A stretch of 64,000 bases of DNA from Squalus acanthias (Eukaryota): contig CM059432.1 of the NCBI GenBank assembly GCA_030390025.1, positions 80,664,001-80,728,000 of the forward strand, written 5' to 3'. Positions 27,055 to 39,840 of this stretch are shown one piece after another. Position numbers and translations under genes: made by a program. How positions within the stretch are numbered: the stretch's first letter is position 1; every line of letters starts with the position of its first letter. The notes under the pieces are model-generated. The model did no database searches, was not told where the DNA came from, and worked only from the letters and a program-made list of their open reading frames with translations.

Positions 27055-27940
27055 GGCCTAGAAATTCGGGTGGTTTGCGCCAGCCGTTAGCACCATGAAA
27101 TGGCAAAAAAACGGCAGGCCGGCACTCTTCCACCAGCTGGTGGCGGGTGCCGCAGCGGCCGCCATTTTCGGCAGGTCATCAGCGCTGCCGTTACCTGTTA
27201 TGGCGAGAGTATTTTAATGTGGTGGAGCATGACATCAATCGGTGTGCAACGCCGAGTTGACACCAGCTCATCCATTTTGGAGTTCTCCGCTCGCATTGCC
27301 ACCCGCAATAATTCACGCCAGTATTTGCTGCCGCTAAAAGGTCTTTCAGCAGCGTTAACAGCCAGGAGGTGTCTGGCAGGACTTATGAGGTTGGACGCCA
27401 GAACTTCAAATGCCTCCTTTGCCAAGGTTCTTCTTTTAAACTTTCATTTTTTGCCCATCAATGGCAGGGTGCTGGGGGGGGGGGAGAGAGGGGCGGGGGG
27501 GGGGGGGGGGGGGGGGGGGGGTGGGGGGCGGCGGGGGGTGGCTGCATTTTCTGGCAACTTTCCGGGAGACCAACAGTGTTTGTGGGCCAGTAAATCAATG
27601 GGTGAATTCCATTGCAACGATTGAAGATGACCTCTGAGAAGATCTCTTTTATCTGCATTCATGTCATAAACAAACAAAAAATTGACAAACATTGGGTGGC
27701 AGCTCATATTTTTGGAGCACGTACGGCAACTGTTCGGATCGCTCCTTTCTTCCTTAGTCCCCTACACTGCGAGCAGGAGACAACCTTTGGCCTCCTTCTG
27801 AGATTAACGCTGCAAAGAGCGCGTTGCACTAGCAAATCACTGTGAGGCTGATGATAATGAGCAGGCAGGACCAAAATGCCAGTACTGCTTGCGCTCTCTC
27901 AGCCAGCGGTCGTTATTCTTGGCCGCCAATGTTGGGTAAA
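27055..27940. mobile_element. Partial Harbinger-type MITE containing a long G tract (27474-27540)
   Basis: Left end GGCCTAGAAATTCGG; right TIR not found. Confidence 0.5.
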
Positions 27941-28007
27941 TTGGTGTCAAAAATCTAATGGAGCAATGGGCGGCCTTTAAAGAGGAGATGGTTCAGGTTC
28001 AGTCTAG

Positions 28008-28727
28008 GGGCTAGAAATTGGGTACCTTAGTGCCTCCCGTTAGCGCCTCCGGGGGGCGCTAATGACTTTTCGCCCGGGCACGGCACTGCTAATAACACCC
28101 GCTAAATTCAGTGGGAGTTTAGCGGCGGCGGTAACCAGTAGCGCCCCGCTCCGCTGCGCAGCTCCCCGTTTTTGCCCCGCCTGCAAAATTGGCCCGCGCC
28201 ATCTGAATCTACGCCGGGCGATGACAGAAATCGATTCAGGGGTGGGAACAGAGCGGCAGGAGGCTCGCGGGCGCTAAATAAAGGGGAGGTGGCAGGCAGG
28301 GAAAGAAAAATTGGCCCACTCACTTGTCGCGGCCTGTTGCATCTTTGAATGCGGAGTCTGTGCCGTGATCTGGCAGCCCAGCACTCCTCTTTTAAACTGG
28401 GCTGCTGGCACAGCACCCCGCTTCCCCGATGATCCAGGTAGGGCCCCGTAGAGTTGTGGGCTTGGGCCCTCCCGTTTAATGAGGGGAATAGCCCTTCCAC
28501 GCGGTAGCGCTACATGGCCCAGTGCGTAGCGCTGCAGAACGCACCGTCCCGATATTTGGGGTTAGCGCTCTAAGAAGGAAGTGGAGCACTTGAATTAGTG
28601 CTCCACCTCCCTCTTGGGGTGCTAAAACTGAATTTTGCGGTTGCTGGCGCTAATCAGCGCCAGGTGCTAAAGTTAGCGCCCAGGCGATGTTAGCGCCCCA
28701 AAATGGTCTATACCGAATTTTTCCCCC
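28008..28727. mobile_element. TAGCGCC-family Harbinger MITE inserted in a CR1 fragment (~27945-28950)
   Basis: Ends GGGCTAGAAATT / AATTTTTCCCCC; exact TSD TAG; flanks rejoin as CR1 ORF2 (..FKEEMVQVQSR / IPTRGK..PPWMTKE). Confidence 0.85.
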
Positions 28728-29809
28728 TAGGTGCATTCCTACAAGGGGGAAAGGGAGGGCAACCAAAGCCAGACCTCCCTGGATGACGAAGGAGTTGCAG
28801 AGTAGGATGAAGCAGAAAAAGGGGGCGTATGACGGATGTCAGCTTGATAATACAAAGGAGAATCAGGCTGAATATTAAAAGTACAGAGGAGAAGTGAAAA
28901 AGGAAATAAGAGGGGCAAAGAAACAGTCGAGAATAGATTGGCGGCTAAATGAATAGATACGTGGGTGAGGTACCAGAAGAAATCTCATACATGGTAAACT
29001 GTACCCAGGCATGACTGCCTTCAGGAGAAGAGGAGAGAAAATTTGAAGGGAATAGTATTACATTTTTTTTTAAGTATTTGGCTTACAAAACAGTTTATTC
29101 GGCAAAGCCCTTATAAATATTATACCCTTGTCCTATATGCTTTTATTACAATATTAATCCCACAAAGCTGTTCACATAAATAATGTATGATAAAATTACA
29201 TAAAACCTTTAATAATTTTCCCACATCACATGGGTGAAAGAAGATTGTCTGAAACATCACTCAGTGGATTCAGAAATAATTATTCTTTGGATTATTTTAT
29301 AATCCTTCTGCTACTTTATGATTCCACTATTGTAATCTTGTACAATATTAAACATAAAATGTTATCATTAAATTAAACTAACTGTAATGAAAGCAATGAA
29401 AATAAACGTATTGAATATTTCTATGACCATCATTGTAGTCTAAAAATCAATGACACTGAGTGTAATCATGCTCTTATTTCTGTATAGTAATCCATGTAAT
29501 TTGAAAATCAGCAAAATTGGGTGTAATTGAATACTATACGAATGGGAAACTGACATTTGAAGCGTTGAATATTTCTGCCGGAGTGAATGCACTCTAAAAA
29601 TCAACAAAGTTATTTTCAAGAAGAAAATGTTGCTGAATCCATAGATTTTCTGAGTTTTACCAGTAAATCTAAAGGTTTCTGATAAATTGCATGATTCCCA
29701 TGTATTGTGCAGTTACCAGCCCATGATGTTATAATATGTGTAATAATTTGTGAAGATTGTAGAATTTCTCTCCTAAATACATTTTTTAATAAAGTTGGTT
29801 TTTTTCCAG

Positions 29810-29851
29810 AGGTGAAGATACGAGTATTCCTGGCTCTCCTTGAAAACACTG
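29810..29851 (+). CDS. PREX2: PREX2 coding micro-exon (42 nt, phase 1/1): (E)VKIRVFLALLENT
   Basis: tttttccag acceptor and gtaatg donor; resembles recalled PREX2 EVKCRLLLALLEYS; preserves frame between its neighbours. Confidence 0.82.
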
Positions 29852-31371
29852 GTAATGTCAAAACTCATTAAATTGAAACTAATTATTTTCGAGGTGGCGT
29901 GTATCATACTAGGTTAATACAGAGTCTGCATCCAGCTGTAAATTGCTCACATTCTTTTTATACATGTTCGAGCTATGGAATATCTTGTTAATATCAGAGT
30001 AATTCAGTGATCCTTCACTCTAAGTGGGGATCACATTTGAAGAGAGTGCAGGTCAGCGCAGCACTAGCCTTACTTCCGAATATGGCTCCCCTGAAGCCTG
30101 GTTCCATGCTGGGGTGCACTTTGCTGAATTTATTCCATAAAGTAGTAGCTATAACAAAAGCTTCCAATCAAAATTGTTTTTTTTAAATAAAAATTAGAAC
30201 ACTTCTGTCGGATTATTCAAATATAATTAGCACTCAATAAACTACTGGGATTTATAGTTGAATTAATCTTTTCTTGTCATTTTGGGAATTTACTGGCACA
30301 GACAGAAACAGAATGGATCACTGAGTACCAAAGGGACAGGAATAATAACGGTCTTATTGCCCAATTGTACTGCAGCTACTGCATCGACATGTAGGTCACA
30401 ATAATACAAAAACTGCAGGATAATTGGGGAATGTAATCAATGATTTGACGTCATATTGAATTCTGGTAAGTGAGGAGGTGATCTCATACTGCTTGGGCTT
30501 CACATTGGCAATTCATGTAAAGCTGCCTTTTAAAATCTTGATTATAAAAAGATTCTCGGTGTTTCACTGGACCATGCTTTATAAGTTTAAAATGCTACTA
30601 AAAAAACGACGGGGCAATCCATTCTTGATTAATTTAAGGAATTAACCACATTCTGAGCAGAAGCGTGCATAGCTGCACTTGATGAGAGTGCGGGTCGGAG
30701 CTCGTGCTACTGTGTTTTGGAATATGGCTCCCTTCAAGAGAACACAGCGGTTTGGAGCCAGCAGTATAATTCACTACTGCTGGCTTTCACTGCCCTAATG
30801 CAGCTACTGGTCTAGATACAAAAAGGCTATTAGTTCCTCAGTAATGCACTCTCTTGCTTTATTTGCAGAAGTGTTGAACCAGCTTATCACATTTTAACAG
30901 ATTTTTTTTAAGTGACTCTTATGATGTATTCAATTATTGCAAAGCTTTTTGTTCAGAACAAGCAGTGATTTATCTGACTACAGGGTGCCATGAAAAATCC
31001 TAGTGTTCTTGACCCTTTTAATAGTTACAGTAATCCAATCTTCCTACCTGATTTTCCCCCCATAAATTTCTTCTAGCTCTTGTCAAAGTGAAATTCAAGG
31101 AATGCTGCTGGAAGGGAGGAGGAGGAGGGTGACCTCATCTCCCCTGCAATGTGAAACTAGCCAATTCATACAGTAAGAATAATTAATGCCCATGAGGGTG
31201 GAATAGCTCTACTTCTCAACTGTATTCCCTGACGCTAGCTATGACAGCAGGAGTGAGCAAAATTGTATTTTTTTTATTGCAATTGTTCTCAGTTAAAACA
31301 CACAGTGATACATTCATATGTTATTAGTGTTCTATACAGTATATATGGCTCTTCGATAAAACAGAGATATA

Positions 31372-33025
31372 GGCCTAGAAACTGGACACAGACAGAAACC
31401 TGCTCTACCGGGCAAAAATTCGCGCTGGTGGCTGGAGATTTGTAGCACAGCGCTAACTTACAGTATAACGCCCTCCTGGTGGCGTTAGTGGAGGCATCCG
31501 ACCCAAAGTTTGCCTCCAGGACCGGCATTGCAGCTTTTTACAGCCTCTGGGAGCGAAGCTGTGGAGTTCGCAATGAATTGTGGGCAATTAAAAGGGCGAT
31601 GAATTAAAGGGGCAATGCACTCAGAACTAATAAAAATTAAAATGCAATGAAAAAATGCAATTTTAAGCCCTTACCGCCTTTCAAAAAAAAAACATTAAGA
31701 AGAAGTCCCAAATGGGAGTCTTCAGCTCTTAAGGCTGAATTCCCTTCCGAACCTCAAAAAATGGGAAAAGTGCTTCAGCACTAACACAAATGGCTCAGCA
31801 AGCCAGGGAAGGGACACCCAGGTTTGTGCAGGGGCTCAACACTGCAAGAGAGGTCCTCTACCCACAGGGGCCAGGAGGCCCTCCACAAAGAACAATGTGG
31901 GAGTACATCACCAAGGCCGTCACTGCCAGCAGTGTCACCCCCACCACCTGGCTCCAGTACCCAAAGAAGCTTCATGACCTCAGACCACTGGTCAAGGTCA
32001 GTGAATGCACCTTCAAAAGCCATCTCCTATTAACTGCATCACGAGCCTCACACATTGCTCAATCCACAACTCCACCCCCCAATCACTCACCTACCAACAA
32101 TCTGTACAAATCATGAGGCACATCTCCCATTCCTAGCCTCACCTCATCCCATGGGAGGAGACGGTGCAGGCCATTCTTGGCAGGGGCATGGCTGAGTCGT
32201 TGGTCAGCGGCGGGGCTGAAAGGATACAAGATGCTGGTATCCTCATACATTATCCTCCTTCTCGCATGCAGCTCTTGCTTTCCTGCCTTCTCCTCACCAC
32301 AACTCCACCCTTGTGCCTTTCTCATTTCACACACCCAAGAAATGCAGCCTGCCCAGCCAGTGGTTGGCCAAGAAGAGGGAGAGGAAAGTGAAGAAGAACA
32401 AGAAGAAGGAGAAGAAGGATTTGTTTTGACACTCCCAGCCACCAGCTCTTCAAGGTCGACCAGCAAGACCATTTGCAGTGTCCCCCACTGAAAGTCAGCA
32501 GCCCTTCCACCAGCCATGCTGCAGCCATTGAGGTAGCACTGTGTGATATCAGTAGGATAGGTAAAGGCACACGCAAGACAGTCATTAAGAGAATGCATAA
32601 GGGTGATGAGTTGATTTCTTGATATCATATTGAATGAATAGATGTATAAAGTTGGATTGGAAAGTTTGCTTTGTGTAAGTGCTGAAAACTGCATTTTTTC
32701 ACTTCATTTTAATTTTTATTAGTTCTGAATGTATTGCCCCTTTAATTCATTGCCCTTTTAATTGGCCACAATTCCATGCGAACTCCACAGCCTCGCTCCC
32801 AGAGGCTGTAAGAAGCTGGAACGCCGCTCCTGGACGCGAACCTCGGATCGGATGCCTCTGCTAACGCCACCAGGAGGGCGTTACACTGTAAGTTAGCGCT
32901 GGGCTAAAAATCTTTAGCCCCCAGCGCTAATTTTTGCCTGGTAGCGCTGCGGCCATTTTCAGCGGCCATAAACCTGAGGCTGCGGTAACACTGGCAGGTT
33001 TTTGCCGATGTCCAATTTCTAGGCC
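31372..33025. mobile_element. Non-autonomous Harbinger with long subterminal inverted repeats and a Myb/SANT exon-1 remnant
   Basis: Ends GGCCTAGAAACTGG / CCAATTTCTAGGCC; ~31405-31670 is inverted at ~32680-32945; MAQQAREGTPRF..EVLY..W..TWLQYPKKLHDL at 31790-31996. Confidence 0.78.
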
Positions 33026-34153
33026 CTAATTTCTAAAGGAAGTCAGAAATTTACAGCGGATTAATTTATCCTCAATGCAGAATTTCAGAAAGTTATAAAA
33101 GGGAATTTAATATAGTGACAGCCATGTTTGGCCATGCAATTGACTAAAAGGCTCTATCGCTCTGTCAGAGTCAGGTTGAGATAGTACTTTCGATAGCTGG
33201 CAACACCCACCCAGATCAGGCAGCTCAGTAAAGCTTACGGCTGAGTTTCTAACCATTTGTCAGAATAGCATGTTGTCATATCACAAATATTACTGGATTC
33301 GTTAGTTTGATGAAGATGCTAATCATACAGAAACAAAGCCTGCAAGTGTAACAATCTGAAGTGAGACGGCCCTGAATACGGGGATTGCTGTCGCACTTCC
33401 GATGAAGTTACAGCGGTGCAGCATTTGAAAGTCCAAGGAAATTCCGGGCCAATGTGGTGCTTTAATAATAATCATAGTTGTCTCTTGTCTTGTCCTGATG
33501 GATCAGGATTGTGCATTGTCAATATTTTAAATTCAAGAATAGAATTTTCTTGCTCTTCAGTGATAACACCTTGATTCATCAAAAAAGCTTACTCGATTGC
33601 TGTTCTCTGGATCCCATTCTACGACTGTCTTCAATTCCATCCCACTCTCAGTGCTTGGTTAATTAAGAGCTGATGTTCTATATTGGCCAATTGATCCTAA
33701 TTATTAATGTTAATGTGGAGTTGAAAACTTATAAATGTATCTTTTCATCTATCATTCATAAGGGCCACTGCATATTACAGAATTATACTATTGAATTTAA
33801 AAAAGAATAATGAACATGCTGACTATACACTCTGCCAGTTATATGAATCAATTATGCTTTTGTAATAACTTTCATTTTAGAACATTGTTGTAATGTCCTG
33901 GGATATTCTGGAACAGTCTGATATATTGTAGAATCATGTAACAATAGTTATATTATGTTCATTGATTTTTCAACTTTTTGTTATATTTAAATTCTTTGTC
34001 AAGGATCATCGCTGGCTATCATAGCATAAATTTATTGTTTGAATTTAAGTTAGTTTACTTTTTGAAGAAAAAAATCTGGGAAGATATTTTATAATCCACT
34101 ACTTCATCTGCAGTTTATCTTCTCTTTCTTCCCTATTTTTTTCTCACCCTCAG

Positions 34154-34371
34154 ATACTGAGATTCAACTCAGGCAAGACATGGTGTTTTGCCAAAGTCTA
34201 GTGGCCACAGTTTGTGCTTTCTCAGAACAGCTATTGGCTGTGTTGCATCAGATGTATGACACCAACAGGGAATATGAAATCGAGACACAGGAGGCCAGCA
34301 GAAAGTGGTTGGAGCAAATTGCCAATGCAGGAATCCTCTTTAACTTCCAGTCACTGCTCTCTCCTAACCTG
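34154..34371 (+). CDS. PREX2: PREX2 coding exon (218 nt, phase 1/0): (D)[27 protein letters not shown]...FQSLLSPNL
   Basis: Polypyrimidine tract plus cag, gtaag donor; [18 protein letters not shown] and [16 protein letters not shown] match PREX2 rather than PREX1 as recalled. Confidence 0.92.
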
Positions 34372-34736
34372 GTAAGATGCTGCAACATGCAGAATTTACT
34401 ACTAAGTTATGTTCGTCATCTCATTGATGTGATTGGTTTAAGATGTATCTGGCTTAGCAACACCACCTACATTTTCAAAACTGAACACATTATACATTGC
34501 AGGTGTGGTATCAGGACATAGCATACAAAATTGTTGAATGAAATATTTAATTCCCAATTAAAAGAGATCTCATAAGCCATGAAGTTGTGAAGTTATACTC
34601 TGGATAGTTTAGCCGGCAAGAGGAAGAATTAGGATGTCACCTGTGTTAGCAAAAATATATAGGCATGGGCAGCCTGTCATTGTTCTGTGCTGAAAGTGAA
34701 TTTTGTGGAACCTACTGTGTCAGATGTGGCTCTGAT

Positions 34737-34930
34737 TAGGAATATAAGCAACAGGAGTAGGCCATTCGGCCGCTCGTATCTGCTCTGCCATTCAATTAGA
34801 TCATGGCTGATCTGCAACTCAACTCCATTTTTCCACCTTTTCTCCATGTCCCTTGATACCCTGACCGAACAAAAATCTATCATTCTCAGTCTTGAAAATG
34901 CCAGTTGCTCAGCATTCAACTTCCTATGAC
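34737..34930 (-). mobile_element. CR1 3' UTR fragment
   Basis: AGGAGTAGGCCATTCGGCC..TCATGGCTGATCT, as in the other CR1 tails. Confidence 0.7.
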
Positions 34931-35362
34931 TTGGAACACATCTTTGCATCTTCATTAGTGTTGATGTCTAGGTAAACGTTTGGTAATATGCCCAGGATAA
35001 TGAACGGAAAAATCTGTCCATTCATTATTTTAGCTACTGGAATTATCCTTTGCTTTCATAGAATCTCTCTCCCATCTTCATTAAGTGGTAGAACATTACA
35101 ACATCAGACCTAGCGAAACAATTGAGCATATTTATTTCACAAAATATGAACAAGTGAATAAATAGCAATAATACAAATACAATTGTGCTTGTTAAAAAAT
35201 AGTTTGGCCCATAACTGACAAAACTTGCAACGTATGCTTGTTGAAAAGAAAACAATAAAAGGTCACAATCCAAATAGTTAATTTGAAAGAGGTGTTTACA
35301 ATTAAAAGGATGGGACAGAGTAGATAGAAACTACTGGAGTTAGTGATTGAAGCAGAGACCAT

Positions 35363-36812
35363 GGCCGGAATTTTTCTTACCTTGGTGGGTCCGGTGCGGA
35401 CGGTGTCCATGGCGGGTCCCAACCCCGCTGCTGGCTCCATCCCGCTGTAGAAAATGAACTTACCTTAATGGGGCCTATTAAGCCCGCCCAGCGCATTACC
35501 CAACACAATGAAAGGGACCCCAGCGTACTACCCAACCCAATGAGAGGGGGGTCTGGTGACGTCATTCATGATGCGTTTTAAGCCGGGATCCTTAAAGGGA
35601 CCATGGCCACATTAACTTTTAAGTTTAATCTAACATAGTGGGTGTTGAATCCTTACTGTACAATAATATAATAATAAAAGTTATATATGAGTGACAAAGA
35701 AATATTTAAATAATATTATCATTAAGTATATGACGCCATCTACAAATACGATCTAGAACATAATTTAAAAAGTACATTAATTGGGAAGTTATTGGTGCTC
35801 TAGTCACAAATCTATAGACTTTTGTATCAGTAACTGGTACAAATAAAAGATGTGTATGTATGGGTAATATATAAAATTAAGCAGATTTTAAATGTAATTG
35901 TAAAGGGGTGGATTTACAATCTTATGCAAATTCAGCGGAAGAGCAGCGGAATCGCTGACAAACAGTGTAAGTGTTGCTTACAATGTGTTTCTGGGATTTC
36001 TGCAGCTCTTCCGTTGAAGTGAACAATGGATGAGTGAGAGAACCTCCGCAGAAATTCACCCTTAAGTCTCAGACTAAAAAATTAAATTAGTCATATTCAG
36101 GGACTGAAAGCAAATTGAACCAGTGGAATGAGTGAGGAGAATGAAATTGTTACGGTTGATGACTTGATTTAATGTGTAACTGGACAATCACAGTATACTG
36201 TGAGAAAAACCTGACCAGAAACAACACAAAAATTTATTTAAATGGTATATGTCATTTTTTATAGTGCAGATCAATTCACTGCAATTACTGTTGAGTTGGA
36301 AGGCAACAGCCGAGAATGGCCAGTGAAAAATGTATTTCCCTTACCATCCAGGGTAGCACTTATATCCCTTCAGGAATTTCTGAATTAACATTTACCAGTA
36401 GCTTTTCAAGTAGATCAGAATCTACATCAATCTGTTAGCTGTTGTAATCAACATGTTTTTATTTTGGTTTGTTTTCCATGCTGTCAAGTCATCAGCTGGA
36501 GCAATGGCCACGGAACTCATGCCTCAGGTTGACAGACATGGTTCCTGAGCTCTGTGAATCCCGTGGCCATGCAGGGAAATTTAAAAAGTAGGGGGGAATA
36601 GGCTCTTAAGTGCCTGTAAAGTACCTCATAATGATTTCATTTGGGTCCCCCGCCGCTGCAGGTCGGGTTGGCTCCACGATGACAGACGCACCTGTGAGAA
36701 AGGTGCGTGGGAGCGGGATGACAGCGGGTTTCCGACCCGCTATCAAAAATAACAACTTTCCCACTCGACCCGCCACCCATCTTGCCCACTACCACCCCGG
36801 AAAATTCAGCTC
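35363..36812. mobile_element. Harbinger-type element with an AT-rich unrelated interior, inserted in an old CR1 3' end
   Basis: Ends GGCCGGAATTTT / AAAATTCAGCTC; exact TSD CAT; flanks rejoin as GAAGCAGAGACCATGTCAATATTTAAG (CR1-like). Confidence 0.7.
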
Positions 36813-37084
36813 CATGTCAATATTTAAGAATAAGTTAGATAGGCGGTTGAAGGATTGGGGAATAAAAGATATGGGAACAGGATGGCCACATGGGATTAGA
36901 AGTATTGCTGATGTGGAGGATAAACATCAACACAGACTGATTGGGCTGAATGGACTATTTCCATCTTGTAATTTCTAGGAATGTTAATCTATTCCTTTAC
37001 ATATAACTTTTATATGGGCTGTGTGTCTTTTCTTCTTACACTTATTTTTAATGTGGCAGTTGTGCAGTTCCAAACTCAATCTCA

Positions 37085-38677
37085 GGGAGCGATCTTGCCA
37101 GCCCTGGGGAGGCGGGTATGGAGGCAGGACTGCCGGGAAAATGGCATAATCTGGAGGCGGGTGCCCATCCTGCTTCAAACTGCCTCCGTGCCATCTTGCC
37201 AGGAGGCGGGTAGCCGACCTGTGCCAGGTCCCGTCTCCTTGGAGGCAGGATGGGGATTACAGCCACTTAACCGCCTGTTAACCAGTAGTTAACAGGTAGA
37301 TAAGAGGATTATCCCCATTTTACCCACACAAGTGCGGGCTTCCCGAAGGCTGTGAACCCCGCCAGAGTCAGTGAGGCGAGTAGGGGGTCTGTGGGGGTCT
37401 GCGGGGTGCAAAAGTGTGCTGTGAAGGTAAGTGATGGGTACAAGTGTGGAGAGGTAAGTATGTGAGGTGAGTGGAAAGTGATAGAAAATGTTTACTTACC
37501 TTTGTTTCTTCCTGCAGGCTTCAAACGTTGGGGATGCGGAGAGTCTCGCATCTCACCGGCAGTTATGACAGATAGCTGCTGCATTCTCCAATGCAACAAC
37601 CATCTAATTTCTGCTCACAAAAGAGGTTTGATGAGTCTTAAATATAAGAACTCATCAAACAACATAGAATGTCAGTGTTTGACAGCTTCACAGAGATGTC
37701 AAACGATGACAATTCATCTGTCAAAAATGTTTTGACTGATGAAACGTCATACGCTGACATTCACTGTAACCGGCTTCCCCTTAATTGGCCTGCTGGGTGG
37801 GCTTAACAAGGTCAATCAAGGGAAAATAGCATGGGTTGGCCAGAAGTCGATGGAGGTGGGACTAAAACCCAACGGGCTCGATTTTATCATTGGGGTGGGC
37901 TGGGGTCGTGTCATCCGCTTTTCGTGTTAGCCACCCGACTCCAATTGGATGTGGGAGAATTATTCGATTTTCCCCTAATTGGGCAATTGAGTTCCAGCAT
38001 GTGGGAACCCATGAACCAATTAGTTTTTTCAGTCTGAAAGTTGCCTCTGATGATGTCATCATTGCTGCTGCATTTAAGGTCTGCAAAGACTGGGAAGCTT
38101 TTGGCCTTTGCTGTGAGAGGGACCTGGAGGCAAAATGAGCAGCAGGTGACCTATGTCTGCTCCCAGATTTTTTTTGCACCACCACCACCACCACCACCAC
38201 CACCCTCTTGCTCCAGGCTCCAAAGTTCCACAACAATGGTTATGACTGCTAAAAGTTCCCCCAGAATGATGATTGATCAAATCTCCTTCTTAATGGTGGA
38301 CCTGCAGCTGATAGTCAGCAGTCCAAGTGTGCTACCGCCAGGTTTCACCGTCGTGTTTCAGAGGAGGCGTGCATCACGTCGGAAAAGTTAAAATCAGAAA
38401 GGCCTCTTAAAATGGGATTATAGAGGCAATTAAGTGGTTGTTAAGGGCCTTAAGGGCCTATCCCGCCTCTTGGAGGCGGGACGGAGACGGGATCAGAAAC
38501 CACACATTTGGGAAAATTGCTCGGAGGCGGGATGGAGGCGGGGTCGGGCCCGCCCGCCATTTTTTGCGATTTTAACACCCCACACGCCTCCATTCCCGCC
38601 TCCTCGGGCCTGGCAAAATCGAGCCCAACAAGTGGGAGTTCCACCCCCAAAAGCTCCCCATTGGCAAAATCCAGCCC
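37085..38677. mobile_element. Harbinger MITE (same family as 20901-21723, opposite orientation) hosting a nested MITE
   Basis: Ends GGGAGCGATCTTGCC / GGCAAAATCCAGCCC; TSD TCA. Confidence 0.82.
37874..38626. mobile_element. Nested Harbinger MITE derived from the ends of the copy-2/copy-4 family
   Basis: Ends GGGCTCGATTTT / AAAATCGAGCCC; TSD AAC; its right ~400 bp is the reverse complement of ~10746-11110. Confidence 0.85.
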
Positions 38678-39330
38678 TCAGATTCTAATAGCTCCTTAAG
38701 TATCCCCAAAACAGTTACTGAGACTTCTTGGATTTGAATAACTGATGATCACGTGGAAGTAACGGTCAGTTGAAGACAAAGCGAAACAAATCACACAGTT
38801 ATGTTTGTTCAAAAGTAGTTTGCCTTCTCCCTCAAGCTTTGCACATAACTGACAAAACTTGCAACATTTATATTGATTTAAGTTTGGGACAAGATTCTAA
38901 CAGTAGCTAGTTTTTTTTTAAAGCTCCTTATGAGTACTGACTGACTCAAAGGAACATCTACAAAGCTAAAACAAAGAACTGCTTTGCTTTTGATACAAAG
39001 GATGCATCAATATGTTAGTGTGAAATGCTGGCTGTGATTTTACCTGTTACCGAAAATGTGTAATATTTATAGCACCAGTTCGAATAATTTCATGACATCA
39101 CCTTTGGACTCCTTTGTACGTGGAATGGGTCCTTGAGGACTTCTATTATTTGCATAACATCTTCAGTAAACATCAAAAAATTCGGTACCTTAGCACCTCC
39201 TGTTAGCTCCAGCAGATGGCACTAACGGGGCACTAGAGCATTATCCAGCGCCGCACGGCAAATCCTGCAGTGCTGCCGCTAACAGTTATCACTGGGAGCC
39301 TCAACGCCAGGTGGATCAGGACGTCAGTGA

Positions 39331-39517
39331 GTTTTTTGTTTTTTTTATTCACCTATAGGATGTGGGCGTCACTGGCAAGGCCAGCATTTATTGCCCATCC
39401 CTAATTGCCCTCGAGTAGGTGGTGGTGAGCCGCCTTCTTGAACCGCTGCAGTCCGTGTGGTGAAGGTACTCCCACAGTGCTGTTAGGTAGGGAGTTCCAG
39501 GATCTTGACCCAGCAAC
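39331..39517 (-). mobile_element. HER1/HE1-like LINE 3' end fragment
   Basis: Minus strand GGGCAATTAGGGATGGGCAATAAATGCTGGCCTTGCCAGTGACGCCCACATCC followed by an A-rich tail, as recalled for elasmobranch HER1/HE1. Confidence 0.65.
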
Positions 39518-39840
39518 GATGACGATGTGCAATGCTCGCTGGCTGCCTGATCTGCAAAATTGATTGTCGCCACCTACCTTAGCGCCTGGAGTAAACAGCG
39601 ACAGGGAGAGTTGGCATGAAGCACCAGGAAGCCGGCTCCAGGAACGTTATTTAAAGGGATCATCAGTAATGAGTCGCAGCTGCAGGTTAGGGGAGTTTCA
39701 GTGCTTTCTTGTCAGTTTCACATAGTCCAACAGTCTCATTCTGTAATTTCAAGGTTATTTAGTATCAGGAGTGTTGTGGCAACTAAAAAGTAGTTACATT
39801 TATTCTTTAAAAAATCAAAGTGCTACACTTGGTTACATTA

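Noticed and set aside
27474..27540. Long poly-G tract encoding poly-Gly/poly-Pro ORFs; possible G-quadruplex
   Set aside because: Homopolymer expansion within a MITE, prone to sequencing error; no evidence of coding or function.
34372..34521. Extension of ORF 34180..34521 beyond 34371
   Set aside because: Read-through into the intron after a canonical GTAAG donor; PREX2 similarity resumes at 55952.
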